The notes below the pieces were generated by a model. It made no database searches, was not told the origin of the DNA, and saw only the letters and a program-made list of their open reading frames with translations. DNA of 64,000 bases. Source: an uncultured Bacilli bacterium (lineage in GTDB: Bacteria; Bacillota_I; Bacilli_A; RF39; UBA660). The position numbers were made by a program, and so were the translations under genes. Below, one piece after another: positions 1-8,845 of the stretch. The stretch spans positions 10,097 through 74,096 of the forward strand of contig CANQKO010000002.1 in assembly GCA_947624505.1 (NCBI GenBank), given 5' to 3'. Within the stretch, counting starts at the first letter, position 1. Each line of letters starts with the position of its first letter.

Positions 1-79
1 GGCTTAAAATTGAACCAACGTAATGGCCTAAATGTAGTTTACCTGTCGGTCTATCACCAGTTAATATAATTTTTGTCAT
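1..79 (-). CDS. trpS: tryptophan--tRNA ligase, N-terminal fragment; gene continues beyond the window edge
   Basis: The reverse strand reads GAGGTGGTG-N5-[29 protein letters not shown]. This contains the class-I HIGH-type motif (HLGH) in the P-T-G-K-L-H-L-G-H context typical of TrpS. Confidence 0.55.
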   Translation of the reverse strand, partial: MTKIILTGDRPTGKLHLGHYVGSILS

Positions 80-219
80 AACACCACCTCTTTAATTTTA
101 TCAAATTTGTTAAAAAAAGTCTTTAGTTAATTTACTAAAGATTAAATTTTAACAGATTATTTTTATTTTGTAATCATTTATTATCTAAATAAATTACCAA
201 ACATATTTTATAATAGGAA

Positions 220-1590
220 GTGATTACGTTGCTATATGAAACAGATTCAAAACAAATAAAACCAGGACAAGTATTCATTGCTATTAATGGTCATACAGTT
301 GATGGTCATAATTATATTGAAGAAGCTATTAAAAATGGTGCGAGTAAAATAGTGGGAGAAAAAAATTTAAATTTATCTATTCCCTATGAAAAAGTACCAA
401 ATAGTAAAGAATATTTAAAAGAACATTTAGTTAATGAATATAGTGATAAATTTAAAAATTTAAAAATAATTGGAATAACTGGGACAAATGGTAAAACCAC
501 TAGTTGTTATTTAATTTATCAGATGCTTCAAAAATTAGGTCAAGACGTAGCTTTTATTGGTACCATTGGCTATTTTCACAGGAAAGAATATATACCTCTT
601 AATAATACCACTCCTGATATATTAACATTATATAAATTATTATTACATTCTACTAATTTAAATGTTCAATATATTGTAATGGAAATATCAAGTCATAGTT
701 TATATGAAGAAAGAATTAAAGGATTAAATTTAGAAGCGGCTGGATTTACTAATTTAACAAGTGAACACTTAGATTTTCACAAAAATATGGAAGGCTATTT
801 AGAAAGTAAATTAAAAATATTAGATTATTTAAAAGATGATGCCAAGATATTAATAAATGCTGATGATTTATATGCTGATTATTTTAAAAGGAATAAAAAC
901 TTTCAAACTTATGGCTTAAATGGTGATTATCAAATAAAAAGTTATGAATTAAAAGTTAATGATACGAAAATTAATTTTTTATATCAGAATAAAGTTTATA
1001 ATGTTGAAACTAATCTAACTGGTTTATTTAATGTTTATAATTATTTACAAGCTTTAAGTATTTTAAATAGTATTGGTTTTAATATTGAAGATTTAATTAA
1101 AATTAGTAAAGATATCTACCCTCCTAAAGGAAGATGTGAAACATATAAAATTAATAATAGTTATGTCGTTATTGATTATGCTCATACACCTGATGCCGTT
1201 AGCAAAGTTTTAAATTCATATTTAGAAATCCCGCATCATAATATTATCACTATCATCGGTTGTGGGGGCGAAAGAGATAAATTTAAAAGGCCTTTAATGG
1301 GAAGTATTGCTACTAATAATTCTAAGCATGTTATATTTACTAATGATAATCCTAGAGGAGAAGATGAGAAAAATATCATAAATGATATAATAAAAGATAA
1401 TAATAACCATAATTATGAAATTATTTATGATCGAAAAGAGGCAATTATAAAAGGGTTAAGTTTATTAGAAGATAATGATATTTTATTAATACTTGGGAAA
1501 GGACATGAAAATTATCAATTAATAAAAGGGGTTAAATATCACTTTGATGATGCTGAAATAGTTAAAGAATACATAAAAAATAAGGACTAA
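220..1590 (+). CDS. murE: UDP-N-acetylmuramoyl-L-alanyl-D-glutamate--2,6-diaminopimelate (or L-lysine) ligase
   Basis: A 456-aa ORF with the Mur ligase ATP-binding motif GITGTNGKTT and a Mur ligase central/C-terminal architecture; a terminator hairpin follows. Confidence 0.9.
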   Translation: MITLLYETDSKQIKPGQVFIAINGHTVDGHNYIEEAIKNGASKIVGEKNLNLSIPYEKVPNSKEYLKEHLVNEYSDKFKNLKIIGITGTNGKTTSCYLIYQMLQKLGQDVAFIGTIGYFHRKEYIPLNNTTPDILTLYKLLLHSTNLNVQYIVMEISSHSLYEERIKGLNLEAAGFTNLTSEHLDFHKNMEGYLESKLKILDYLKDDAKILINADDLYADYFKRNKNFQTYGLNGDYQIKSYELKVNDTKINFLYQNKVYNVETNLTGLFNVYNYLQALSILNSIGFNIEDLIKISKDIYPPKGRCETYKINNSYVVIDYAHTPDAVSKVLNSYLEIPHHNIITIIGCGGERDKFKRPLMGSIATNNSKHVIFTNDNPRGEDEKNIINDIIKDNNNHNYEIIYDRKEAIIKGLSLLEDNDILLILGKGHENYQLIKGVKYHFDDAEIVKEYIKNKD

Positions 1591-1610
1591 AAAGGGTCCT
1601 TATTTTTAAT
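1582..1610. terminator. bidirectional rho-independent terminator between the convergent murE and plsC genes
   Basis: AAGGAC-taaaaagg-GTCCTT hairpin followed by a T-run on the plus strand and preceded by an A-run. Confidence 0.5.
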
Positions 1611-2189
1611 TTAACTATTTTCTTTAATCATTTTAATAATGACATTTTCTAAATAAGTTAGTTTATCTGAAGTAGCTATTTTATCTAAGTATATAGGTTT
1701 ACCATAGATTATTTTGGGTTTACCTAAAAATTTCATCTTCCCTACAATAGCAAAAGGAATAATTGGAGATGCGCTTTCTTCCGCCATTTTTATTACCCCT
1801 GGTTTAAATGGTAAAATTATATCATCTTTATGAAAAGTACCTTCCGGAAATATCCCAATAACTTCTTCTTTATTTAATAAATTAATCGCTTGTCTTATTA
1901 CTTCGGGGCTTCTTCTTCCCCGGTCAACAGGAATAAGTCCCATCTTCTTAAAGATAAAACCAAAAGGTCCCTTAAATAATTCAATTTTACCTAATATATG
2001 CACTACTCTTTTAGTTCCTCTAAAAAGAAAATAAGCATCAAAATAACTAGTATGATTACCCGCTAAAATACAACGTCCCTTTAAAGGAATATTTTCACTA
2101 CCAATCACTTCATCTTGAAAAAATAAATGCCCAACATTCCTAATTATCAAAGTAACTACTTTATAAAATATATTATGATTTTTTTTCAT
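1611..2189 (-). CDS. plsC: 1-acyl-sn-glycerol-3-phosphate acyltransferase
   Basis: HxxxxD acyltransferase motif (NHTSYFD) and an FPEGT block; 192 aa. Confidence 0.85.
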   Translation of the reverse strand: MKKNHNIFYKVVTLIIRNVGHLFFQDEVIGSENIPLKGRCILAGNHTSYFDAYFLFRGTKRVVHILGKIELFKGPFGFIFKKMGLIPVDRGRRSPEVIRQAINLLNKEEVIGIFPEGTFHKDDIILPFKPGVIKMAEESASPIIPFAIVGKMKFLGKPKIIYGKPIYLDKIATSDKLTYLENVIIKMIKENS

Positions 2190-2190
2190 A

Positions 2191-2991
2191 TTACAATAAA
2201 CTATTTATTCCTGAATTAATTATTCCGATTAATAAATTATAAATAAAAATATAAGTAACTATTAAGAATGTTGCTATACAAGCGGTATGAAAATATATTT
2301 TAAGATTTTTGTTATCAATAGTAATTAAATCACTAACTAATTCAAAAACAATAACAAGAAAATAAATTATCCCAATAATTGAAGTAATTACCCCAAAGGG
2401 AGCATAAATCATTCCTATAATTGGTGATATAATAGATATTACTACCACCAAAGGAATTAATGCGGTTATGATACTAGCTACTAATTTAAGAAAGTTACTA
2501 TTTTTCTTAATGATTAAACTACCTAAATAATATATACCCGCAATACCTATAATTACAAAGGCATACAATAAAATATTTTGACCAATAACTTTAATAAAAT
2601 TAATATTTTTTAAATTTTCAAAAACCCATCTAGTTTCGCCAGTCCAAATTGATGTAACTTTAACTGCATTAAACATTGTAGATATTAAATTTAAAATAGT
2701 TAAAAAGCCAATAACTATTGCTCCTAAAATAGAAACATTTTTTATATCATTTAAATTTTCTTCTTCTAATTTAAAATTATCATATGGTTTTAGGCAAGCA
2801 TAAAAAAGATATTTTAAGTAATTAAAATTACCTTTACTTTTAACAACTGGTTCCATCCTAACTTCAGCATTTTCACTCTTTATCTCTTTATTTTCTTCCT
2901 CTTCTTTATTTAAAGGAGAACCACAAGAAACACAATATTTAGCACTTGCATCATTATTAAAACCACATTTTGGACATTCATTATTATTCAT
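2191..2991 (-). CDS. zinc-ribbon membrane protein
   Basis: N-terminal CPKCG...CVSCG zinc ribbon followed by multiple hydrophobic TM segments. Confidence 0.55.
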   Translation of the reverse strand: MNNNECPKCGFNNDASAKYCVSCGSPLNKEEEENKEIKSENAEVRMEPVVKSKGNFNYLKYLFYACLKPYDNFKLEEENLNDIKNVSILGAIVIGFLTILNLISTMFNAVKVTSIWTGETRWVFENLKNINFIKVIGQNILLYAFVIIGIAGIYYLGSLIIKKNSNFLKLVASIITALIPLVVVISIISPIIGMIYAPFGVITSIIGIIYFLVIVFELVSDLITIDNKNLKIYFHTACIATFLIVTYIFIYNLLIGIINSGINSLL

Positions 2992-3061
2992 TATTCATCA
3001 CCTTTACTAAAAAACTATCACAAAATAATTATTTTGACAATATTTTTTTAACGATTTGACA

Positions 3062-3304
3062 TTAAAACATTTTATCAATATTATTAGGAACTTTATCATT
3101 TACAACTTTTGATATTATTTTATCACTTTGTTCTTTGGATATTTTTTTACCAGTCATTTTACTTAAGGTATCTATTACTTCTCTTAAAGTATTTTCATCT
3201 TTCATATTTCCATTTTGTAACTTAGTAGCTAAATCTAAAATGGTATTTTTATCTACCTTTGTTCTCTTCTCTACTTTATTAAAAAAAGAATCACTTAAAT
3301 TCAT
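3062..3304 (-). CDS. small hydrophilic protein, possibly SpoVIF-like
   Basis: 80-aa ORF with an AGAGGTG RBS. The FFNKVEK...KDENT.R.VI..LSKM.GK.ISKEQ.DKI pattern resembles the stage VI sporulation protein F family, but this rests on memory only. Confidence 0.4.
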   Translation of the reverse strand: MNLSDSFFNKVEKRTKVDKNTILDLATKLQNGNMKDENTLREVIDTLSKMTGKKISKEQSDKIISKVVNDKVPNNIDKMF

Positions 3305-3343
3305 ACAACACCTCTAGTTATATTGTATGAGAGTAATTCTTTT

Positions 3344-4270
3344 TTAGTTCTCATAGTTATTTTTTAAAAATTCACTAAAATGTTTAGTTACTTTTATTGC
3401 TCCTTTACCAGATAAATGACCACTATCATAAAAATCGCCTTTTTCTAAATTTAATTCATCAAACAACTTATTATAGTCAATATATTTAAAATTATTATCT
3501 AAAGCTATTTTAAATACTTCATTATAATATAATTGATCATTATCATTTAAAGCACAAGGAGTTTTTACAAAAATTAATTCAATATTATTTTCTTTAGCCA
3601 ACTTTATTATCTTATCTAAATATTCTTTATTCTTTTTGCTTAAAGGTAAAGTTTCTTTAGTATTTTCTTTGTTACCATTATTAATCATTATTTCTTCATT
3701 TGGTGTTAAATCTTTAAAGCCCCGATTATTAATACCAATATTAAATAAACCAGCCTTTATATCTTGTTTATTTAATTCTTTATAACGGGTATGATATTTC
3801 ATAATATTAAAATAATAATATACCCATTCATTTTTATCTTTAACGCTTACTTTTATGGCATTAATTTTATTTTGGGAAAAACGCATTTTATCAATGGCAT
3901 CTCTTACTACTCCTTCAGAGGCATATTCATCATCTACAGCAAACATTTTAACTTCTAAAACAAAAAATCTAGGCTTTTGATACTTTAAAGATTCTAACAT
4001 ATAATGATAAGTTAAATAAATTGGTTGCTGTTGAGTTGCAAAATTATATGATTTATAGCCAGTTTCTTCTTCTAAAGCATCAGGTGAAAAAGAAGCATAA
4101 CTATGGGAAGAACCAAAAAATATTAAATCTAGGGAATTCTTTTTTTCATTATAAAAAGAAATAATATCTGTTCCATAGGTATTTCCTTTTAAAACAAAGA
4201 CTCTCGTGATACCATAAAATAAAATAATAAAAATAATTATAAATATTATTGTTTTAAAAATTTGTTTCAT
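3344..4270 (-). CDS. DltD/PatB-like SGNH-type membrane-anchored acyltransferase partner
   Basis: N-terminal TM anchor, an FGSSHS block (GDS(x)-like), and a position immediately downstream of the MBOAT gene. Confidence 0.55.
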   Translation of the reverse strand: MKQIFKTIIFIIIFIILFYGITRVFVLKGNTYGTDIISFYNEKKNSLDLIFFGSSHSYASFSPDALEEETGYKSYNFATQQQPIYLTYHYMLESLKYQKPRFFVLEVKMFAVDDEYASEGVVRDAIDKMRFSQNKINAIKVSVKDKNEWVYYYFNIMKYHTRYKELNKQDIKAGLFNIGINNRGFKDLTPNEEIMINNGNKENTKETLPLSKKNKEYLDKIIKLAKENNIELIFVKTPCALNDNDQLYYNEVFKIALDNNFKYIDYNKLFDELNLEKGDFYDSGHLSGKGAIKVTKHFSEFLKNNYEN

Positions 4271-4280
4271 AATTCACCAC

Positions 4281-5729
4281 CTAAAATTGAAAATAAATAA
4301 ATTCTGACAGACTAAAACCAGGACCATAAATACCAAAAATAATAATAGAAAAAATTAATAAATAATAAAAACTAAAACGAATAAAGATATTTCTTTTTTT
4401 AATAAATTGATATAAGTCATATTTAGTATTTATTAATTCAAATATATAAACTAACAAAATAGTAAATAACAAAATAAAGATTTCAATTAAATCGGTATTC
4501 ATTAAAGTAAAATCAATTGGCATTCCAAAATCAAGCAAATGCGTAATAACAAAGATAGCATCTTTAATATTATTAGCTCTAAAGAATATCCAAGCAAAAT
4601 CTACTAAAATAAAGACAATAACAACTTTTATTATTGTTTTAATAATATTTTGTTTATCTTTTGTTTTTGGTTTTATTTTATTAAAAATATTAGCTACTAC
4701 TTGATAAAGACCGTGTAATAATCCCCAAATTACAAAAGTCCACGATGCCCCGTGCCAAAGACCACTTACAATAAAAACAATTAAAAGATTAATTTGCGTT
4801 CTTAGAAATCCTTTTCTATTACCTCCAAGTGGAAAATATAAATATTCTCTAAACCAAGAACTAAGAGAAATATGCCATCTCCGCCAAAAGTCTTTAACTG
4901 ATGTCGCAATATAAGGAACATTGAAATTACGTGTTAAATTATAGCCCATAATTTTAGCACTTCCTCTTGCAATTAAAGAATAAGCATTAAAATCAAAATA
5001 GATTTGAAAGGCAAAAAGGAAAGTTGCAAATAATAAATAAATCCCTCCACCAGATGTAAAATTATTTAAATTATTATAAATACTATTAATGATAATTGCA
5101 CTTCGATCAGCAATAACTAGTTTATAGAAAACCCCAATGCCAATTAAAAGTAAGCCATAATTTAAATTTTCCCAACTAAATTTATGATCTTCTTTAAATT
5201 GTTTTAATAAATCTTTTGATTTTTCAATGGGTCCCGCAACTAATTGGGGAAAGAAAGAGACAAATAATGCATATCTAAAAAAATTTGTTTCTACTTCAAC
5301 ATCTCCACGATAAACATCCATCGTGTAACTTAAAGCTTGGAAAGTATAAAAACTAATTCCCACTGGTAAAAGTAAATTTAAACTCTCAGGTAAATTTAGA
5401 TGAACCAAACTAATTATTTTATTAATGGAATCAGCAAAAAAAGAATAATATTTAAATATAAACAAGATAGCTAAATTAATTGTAAAAGATAAAATAACAA
5501 ATATTTTTTTATGCTTATTAAATTTTTTAATTAATAAACCACTTAAATATGTTATTATTGTTGAAAATAACATTAAAAAAGCATATTTGACATTCCAACA
5601 CATATAAAAATAATAACTAGCAATTAGTAAAAAATAAATTCTTAACTTTTTATTTAGTAAAAAATAAATTAAACAAACTATGATAAAAAAAACTAAATAT
5701 TGTAATGACGTAAATACCATATTAACCAC
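4281..5729 (-). CDS. MBOAT family O-acyltransferase (AlgI/DltB/PatA-like)
   Basis: 482-aa polytopic membrane protein carrying the conserved MBOAT His region (WRRWHISLSSWFREYLYFPLGG). Confidence 0.85.
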   Translation of the reverse strand: MVNMVFTSLQYLVFFIIVCLIYFLLNKKLRIYFLLIASYYFYMCWNVKYAFLMLFSTIITYLSGLLIKKFNKHKKIFVILSFTINLAILFIFKYYSFFADSINKIISLVHLNLPESLNLLLPVGISFYTFQALSYTMDVYRGDVEVETNFFRYALFVSFFPQLVAGPIEKSKDLLKQFKEDHKFSWENLNYGLLLIGIGVFYKLVIADRSAIIINSIYNNLNNFTSGGGIYLLFATFLFAFQIYFDFNAYSLIARGSAKIMGYNLTRNFNVPYIATSVKDFWRRWHISLSSWFREYLYFPLGGNRKGFLRTQINLLIVFIVSGLWHGASWTFVIWGLLHGLYQVVANIFNKIKPKTKDKQNIIKTIIKVVIVFILVDFAWIFFRANNIKDAIFVITHLLDFGMPIDFTLMNTDLIEIFILLFTILLVYIFELINTKYDLYQFIKKRNIFIRFSFYYLLIFSIIIFGIYGPGFSLSEFIYFQF

Positions 5730-5737
5730 CTATTATA

Positions 5738-6841
5738 TTAACTAAATTTTTCTATAATAGCATCAACAATATAAACAGATGCTTTACCATCGCCATATGG
5801 GTTAGAAGACTTACTCATTTTTTCATACTCTTCTTTACTAGTTAATAATTTTTTTACCTCGTTATAAATTACTTCTTCATTTGTGCCCACTAATTTTAAC
5901 GTTCCTGCTTTAATTCCTTCTGGCCTTTCTGTTGTATCTCTTAAAACTAACACGGGCTTACCTAACGATGGTGCTTCTTCTTGAATACCCCCACTATCAG
6001 TAAGAATTAAATAACTTTTATTTTGAAAATTATGGAAATCAAAGACCTCTAATGGTTCAATTAATTTTACTCTTTCTGTATTACCAAATACTTCCTTAGC
6101 TACTTCTCTAACCCTCGGATTTAAATGAATCGGATAAATTACTTTAACATAACTAAATTCATCAACAATTCTTTTAATACCTTTAAAAATATGACGCATT
6201 GGTTCACCTAAGTTTTCTCTTCTGTGCGCAGTAAGTAAAATCATTTTTTCATCTTCTTTAATCCAATCTAAAATAGGATTTTGATAATCATTATTAACTG
6301 TTGTTTTCATTGCATCAATGGCAGTATTACCAGTAACATATATTTTATCTTCGCTAATTCCTTCATTAATTAAATTTTCTTTACTAACTAAAGTGGGAGC
6401 AAAATACATATCGGTAAGTCTATCAACCATTTGTCTATTCATTTCTTCTGGATAAGGACTATACTTATCGTTTGTTCTTAAACCTGCTTCAACGTGACCT
6501 ATTGCGACTTGGTTATAGAATGCCGCCAAGGCTCCAGCAAAAGTTGTTGTTGTATCCCCGTGCACTAACACAATATCTGGCTTACACTCTTTAATAACCT
6601 CGTCAAGGCCATCTAAGGCTCTAATAGTAATATCTTTTAAAGTTTGACCATCTTTCATAATATTTAAATCATAATCAGGCTTAATATTAAATGTTTCTAA
6701 AACTTGATCTAACATTTCCCGATGTTGAGCTGTTACACAAACAATACTTTTTATTTCGCATCTTTTTTCCAGTTCTTTAATTAAAGGAGCCATTTTAATA
6801 GCTTCTGGTCTCGTCCCAAATATACTCATTACTTTAATCAT
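5738..6841 (-). CDS. mnaA: UDP-N-acetylglucosamine 2-epimerase (non-hydrolysing)
   Basis: MIKVMSIFGTRPEAIKMAPL N-terminus and an HVEAGLRT motif; 367 aa. Confidence 0.9.
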   Translation of the reverse strand: MIKVMSIFGTRPEAIKMAPLIKELEKRCEIKSIVCVTAQHREMLDQVLETFNIKPDYDLNIMKDGQTLKDITIRALDGLDEVIKECKPDIVLVHGDTTTTFAGALAAFYNQVAIGHVEAGLRTNDKYSPYPEEMNRQMVDRLTDMYFAPTLVSKENLINEGISEDKIYVTGNTAIDAMKTTVNNDYQNPILDWIKEDEKMILLTAHRRENLGEPMRHIFKGIKRIVDEFSYVKVIYPIHLNPRVREVAKEVFGNTERVKLIEPLEVFDFHNFQNKSYLILTDSGGIQEEAPSLGKPVLVLRDTTERPEGIKAGTLKLVGTNEEVIYNEVKKLLTSKEEYEKMSKSSNPYGDGKASVYIVDAIIEKFS

Positions 6842-6842
6842 T

Positions 6843-7775
6843 TTACCAACCTCTTATTATGAATATAATTTGATAAACTATTTTTTTTATAATTCTTTTA
6901 AAATTATCACAAGCTAAATATTTTAAAACTTTTCTTTTGTTTAATTCTTCTTTAACAACTTGTTTATCAAAACGATATATTTCAAATGACTTACTAATAA
7001 CTGAATTAGCTAAAAAACTAAATAATAATTTTTTACTTTTAGCATTTATATTATTATTCTTCTCTATTAAAGGCATTAATTCATCATAAAAATATAAATA
7101 ATCATTATATTTTTTTAAATCTTTTTGCTTATCTTTTGTTGTCATAATACTATTCTCTCTAATAACATAATTATAGCCAACATAAGGTATGCTAGATCCA
7201 TTTTTAGCATTCATTAAAATTAAAGGTGTTAAGCCAACATCTTCGTGAATTCGCCCTTTTGCAAATAAAAAATTATTTTTAAACCAAAAACTTTTTTTAT
7301 AAGCATATTGCCAAACTGGCGCAAATAAAGTATCTTTAAAAAAATATTTTATGCACTCATCATTGTTTAAATTAGAAAAAGGATGAATTTTCATTTCTTT
7401 AAGAATTCCGTTTTTATCATAATTAGAATTAAATTTAATAATATCTACTTGATTATTTTTTATTTCTTCATTTAGTTTTTCTAATAATAATTCATTAATA
7501 TAATCATCACTATCAATAAATAAAATATAATCTCCTGTAACATATTTTAGACCATAATTCCTAGCATCAGATAAACCCCCATTAGTTTTTTTATAAAGTT
7601 TAAATTTTTCTTTATCTTTAATAAATTTTTTAATAATTGCTTCTGAATTATCTTTTGAGCCATCATTAACAATGATTACTTCATAGTCTTGATAAGTTTG
7701 CGCATCAATACTTTCTAGACACCTTGCTACATAATCTTCCACATTATATACTGGGACAATTAAACTAAATTTCAT
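6843..7775 (-). CDS. family 2 glycosyltransferase
   Basis: FSLIVPVYNVEDYV...VIIVNDGSKDNS GT-A N-terminus with a DxD region. Confidence 0.85.
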   Translation of the reverse strand: MKFSLIVPVYNVEDYVARCLESIDAQTYQDYEVIIVNDGSKDNSEAIIKKFIKDKEKFKLYKKTNGGLSDARNYGLKYVTGDYILFIDSDDYINELLLEKLNEEIKNNQVDIIKFNSNYDKNGILKEMKIHPFSNLNNDECIKYFFKDTLFAPVWQYAYKKSFWFKNNFLFAKGRIHEDVGLTPLILMNAKNGSSIPYVGYNYVIRENSIMTTKDKQKDLKKYNDYLYFYDELMPLIEKNNNINAKSKKLLFSFLANSVISKSFEIYRFDKQVVKEELNKRKVLKYLACDNFKRIIKKIVYQIIFIIRGW

Positions 7776-7784
7776 TAAATCCTC

Positions 7785-8837
7785 CTAATTATCAAATAGA
7801 TCTTCTAAAGATTTTATAATATTTTTATTATATTCTTTTAAATCATCATATTTTTTCTTCTTTTTTTTAGCATTTCTTAAAGATGTAACTATATCATCAC
7901 ATCCTTTTAAGCCTTCATTATATTGTTCTAAATTCTTAGTCATAAATAATTCTAATCCTAAAGCTTTAGCTTCCCATAAAACCATTCCTTGACCTTCATA
8001 ACGACTAGTTAGAATAAAAGCATCCATTAAATTCATCAATTGATAAGGATTTTTTTGATATCCTAAAAATGTTACATAATCATCTAATTCTAAAGTTTTG
8101 CTTAAAGAATCTATTTCATTCTTTAAAGGCCCATCACCAATTAAATATAAATGAAAATCTTGACGATAACTTAGTAATTCTTTTATATATTTTAATAAAA
8201 TATCAAAACCTTTTTGACGATTAATTGTTCCCATAGTACATATATTATAAATATTATCATTAACCTTTAAACTGCAATCTTCATTTATTTTATTAAATAT
8301 TTCTTTGGTATCAATTAAGTTTGGAATAATCCGATATTTAATATTAGGCAATTTATTGTATGTTTTAAATGGCTCAATCACACCTTTAGATACCCCAACA
8401 AACTCATCAAAATATTTTAACTTGCTTTTAGAGAAAAAGTGAGAAATTTTAAATTTTTTTTCTTCTTTAGCTTTTTCAACCATATTATTATGAATCCAAT
8501 AAACTTTCTTCTTCGCCTTACATTTAATTGCATTTAAGGCAGTAATTTGTTGATAACTATCAAAATCAATGGCAACATCGTATTCCTTATTTAACCCTTC
8601 ATATGGTATAAATATTTTTAATAAATTAAAAGGAATTAATTTTAATAATTTAGAGTGTTTTTTTAAATAATGTATTTTAACTTCTTTAGGAAATTTTTCC
8701 TGGAAAAAATTTTCTTTGCTCATTAAATAAACATCAATTGCATATTTTTGATAATTCATATTTCTCACAATATTATATAAAGACTTTTGAATACCACCAG
8801 CGTTTAAATTATTGGCAAACAAAGCTATTTTTTTCAT
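7785..8837 (-). CDS. family 4 (GT-B) glycosyltransferase
   Basis: C-terminal EGQGMVLWEAKALG (E-x7-E) motif typical of GT4. Confidence 0.8.
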   Translation of the reverse strand: MKKIALFANNLNAGGIQKSLYNIVRNMNYQKYAIDVYLMSKENFFQEKFPKEVKIHYLKKHSKLLKLIPFNLLKIFIPYEGLNKEYDVAIDFDSYQQITALNAIKCKAKKKVYWIHNNMVEKAKEEKKFKISHFFSKSKLKYFDEFVGVSKGVIEPFKTYNKLPNIKYRIIPNLIDTKEIFNKINEDCSLKVNDNIYNICTMGTINRQKGFDILLKYIKELLSYRQDFHLYLIGDGPLKNEIDSLSKTLELDDYVTFLGYQKNPYQLMNLMDAFILTSRYEGQGMVLWEAKALGLELFMTKNLEQYNEGLKGCDDIVTSLRNAKKKKKKYDDLKEYNKNIIKSLEDLFDN

Positions 8838-8845
8838 TTTTACTC

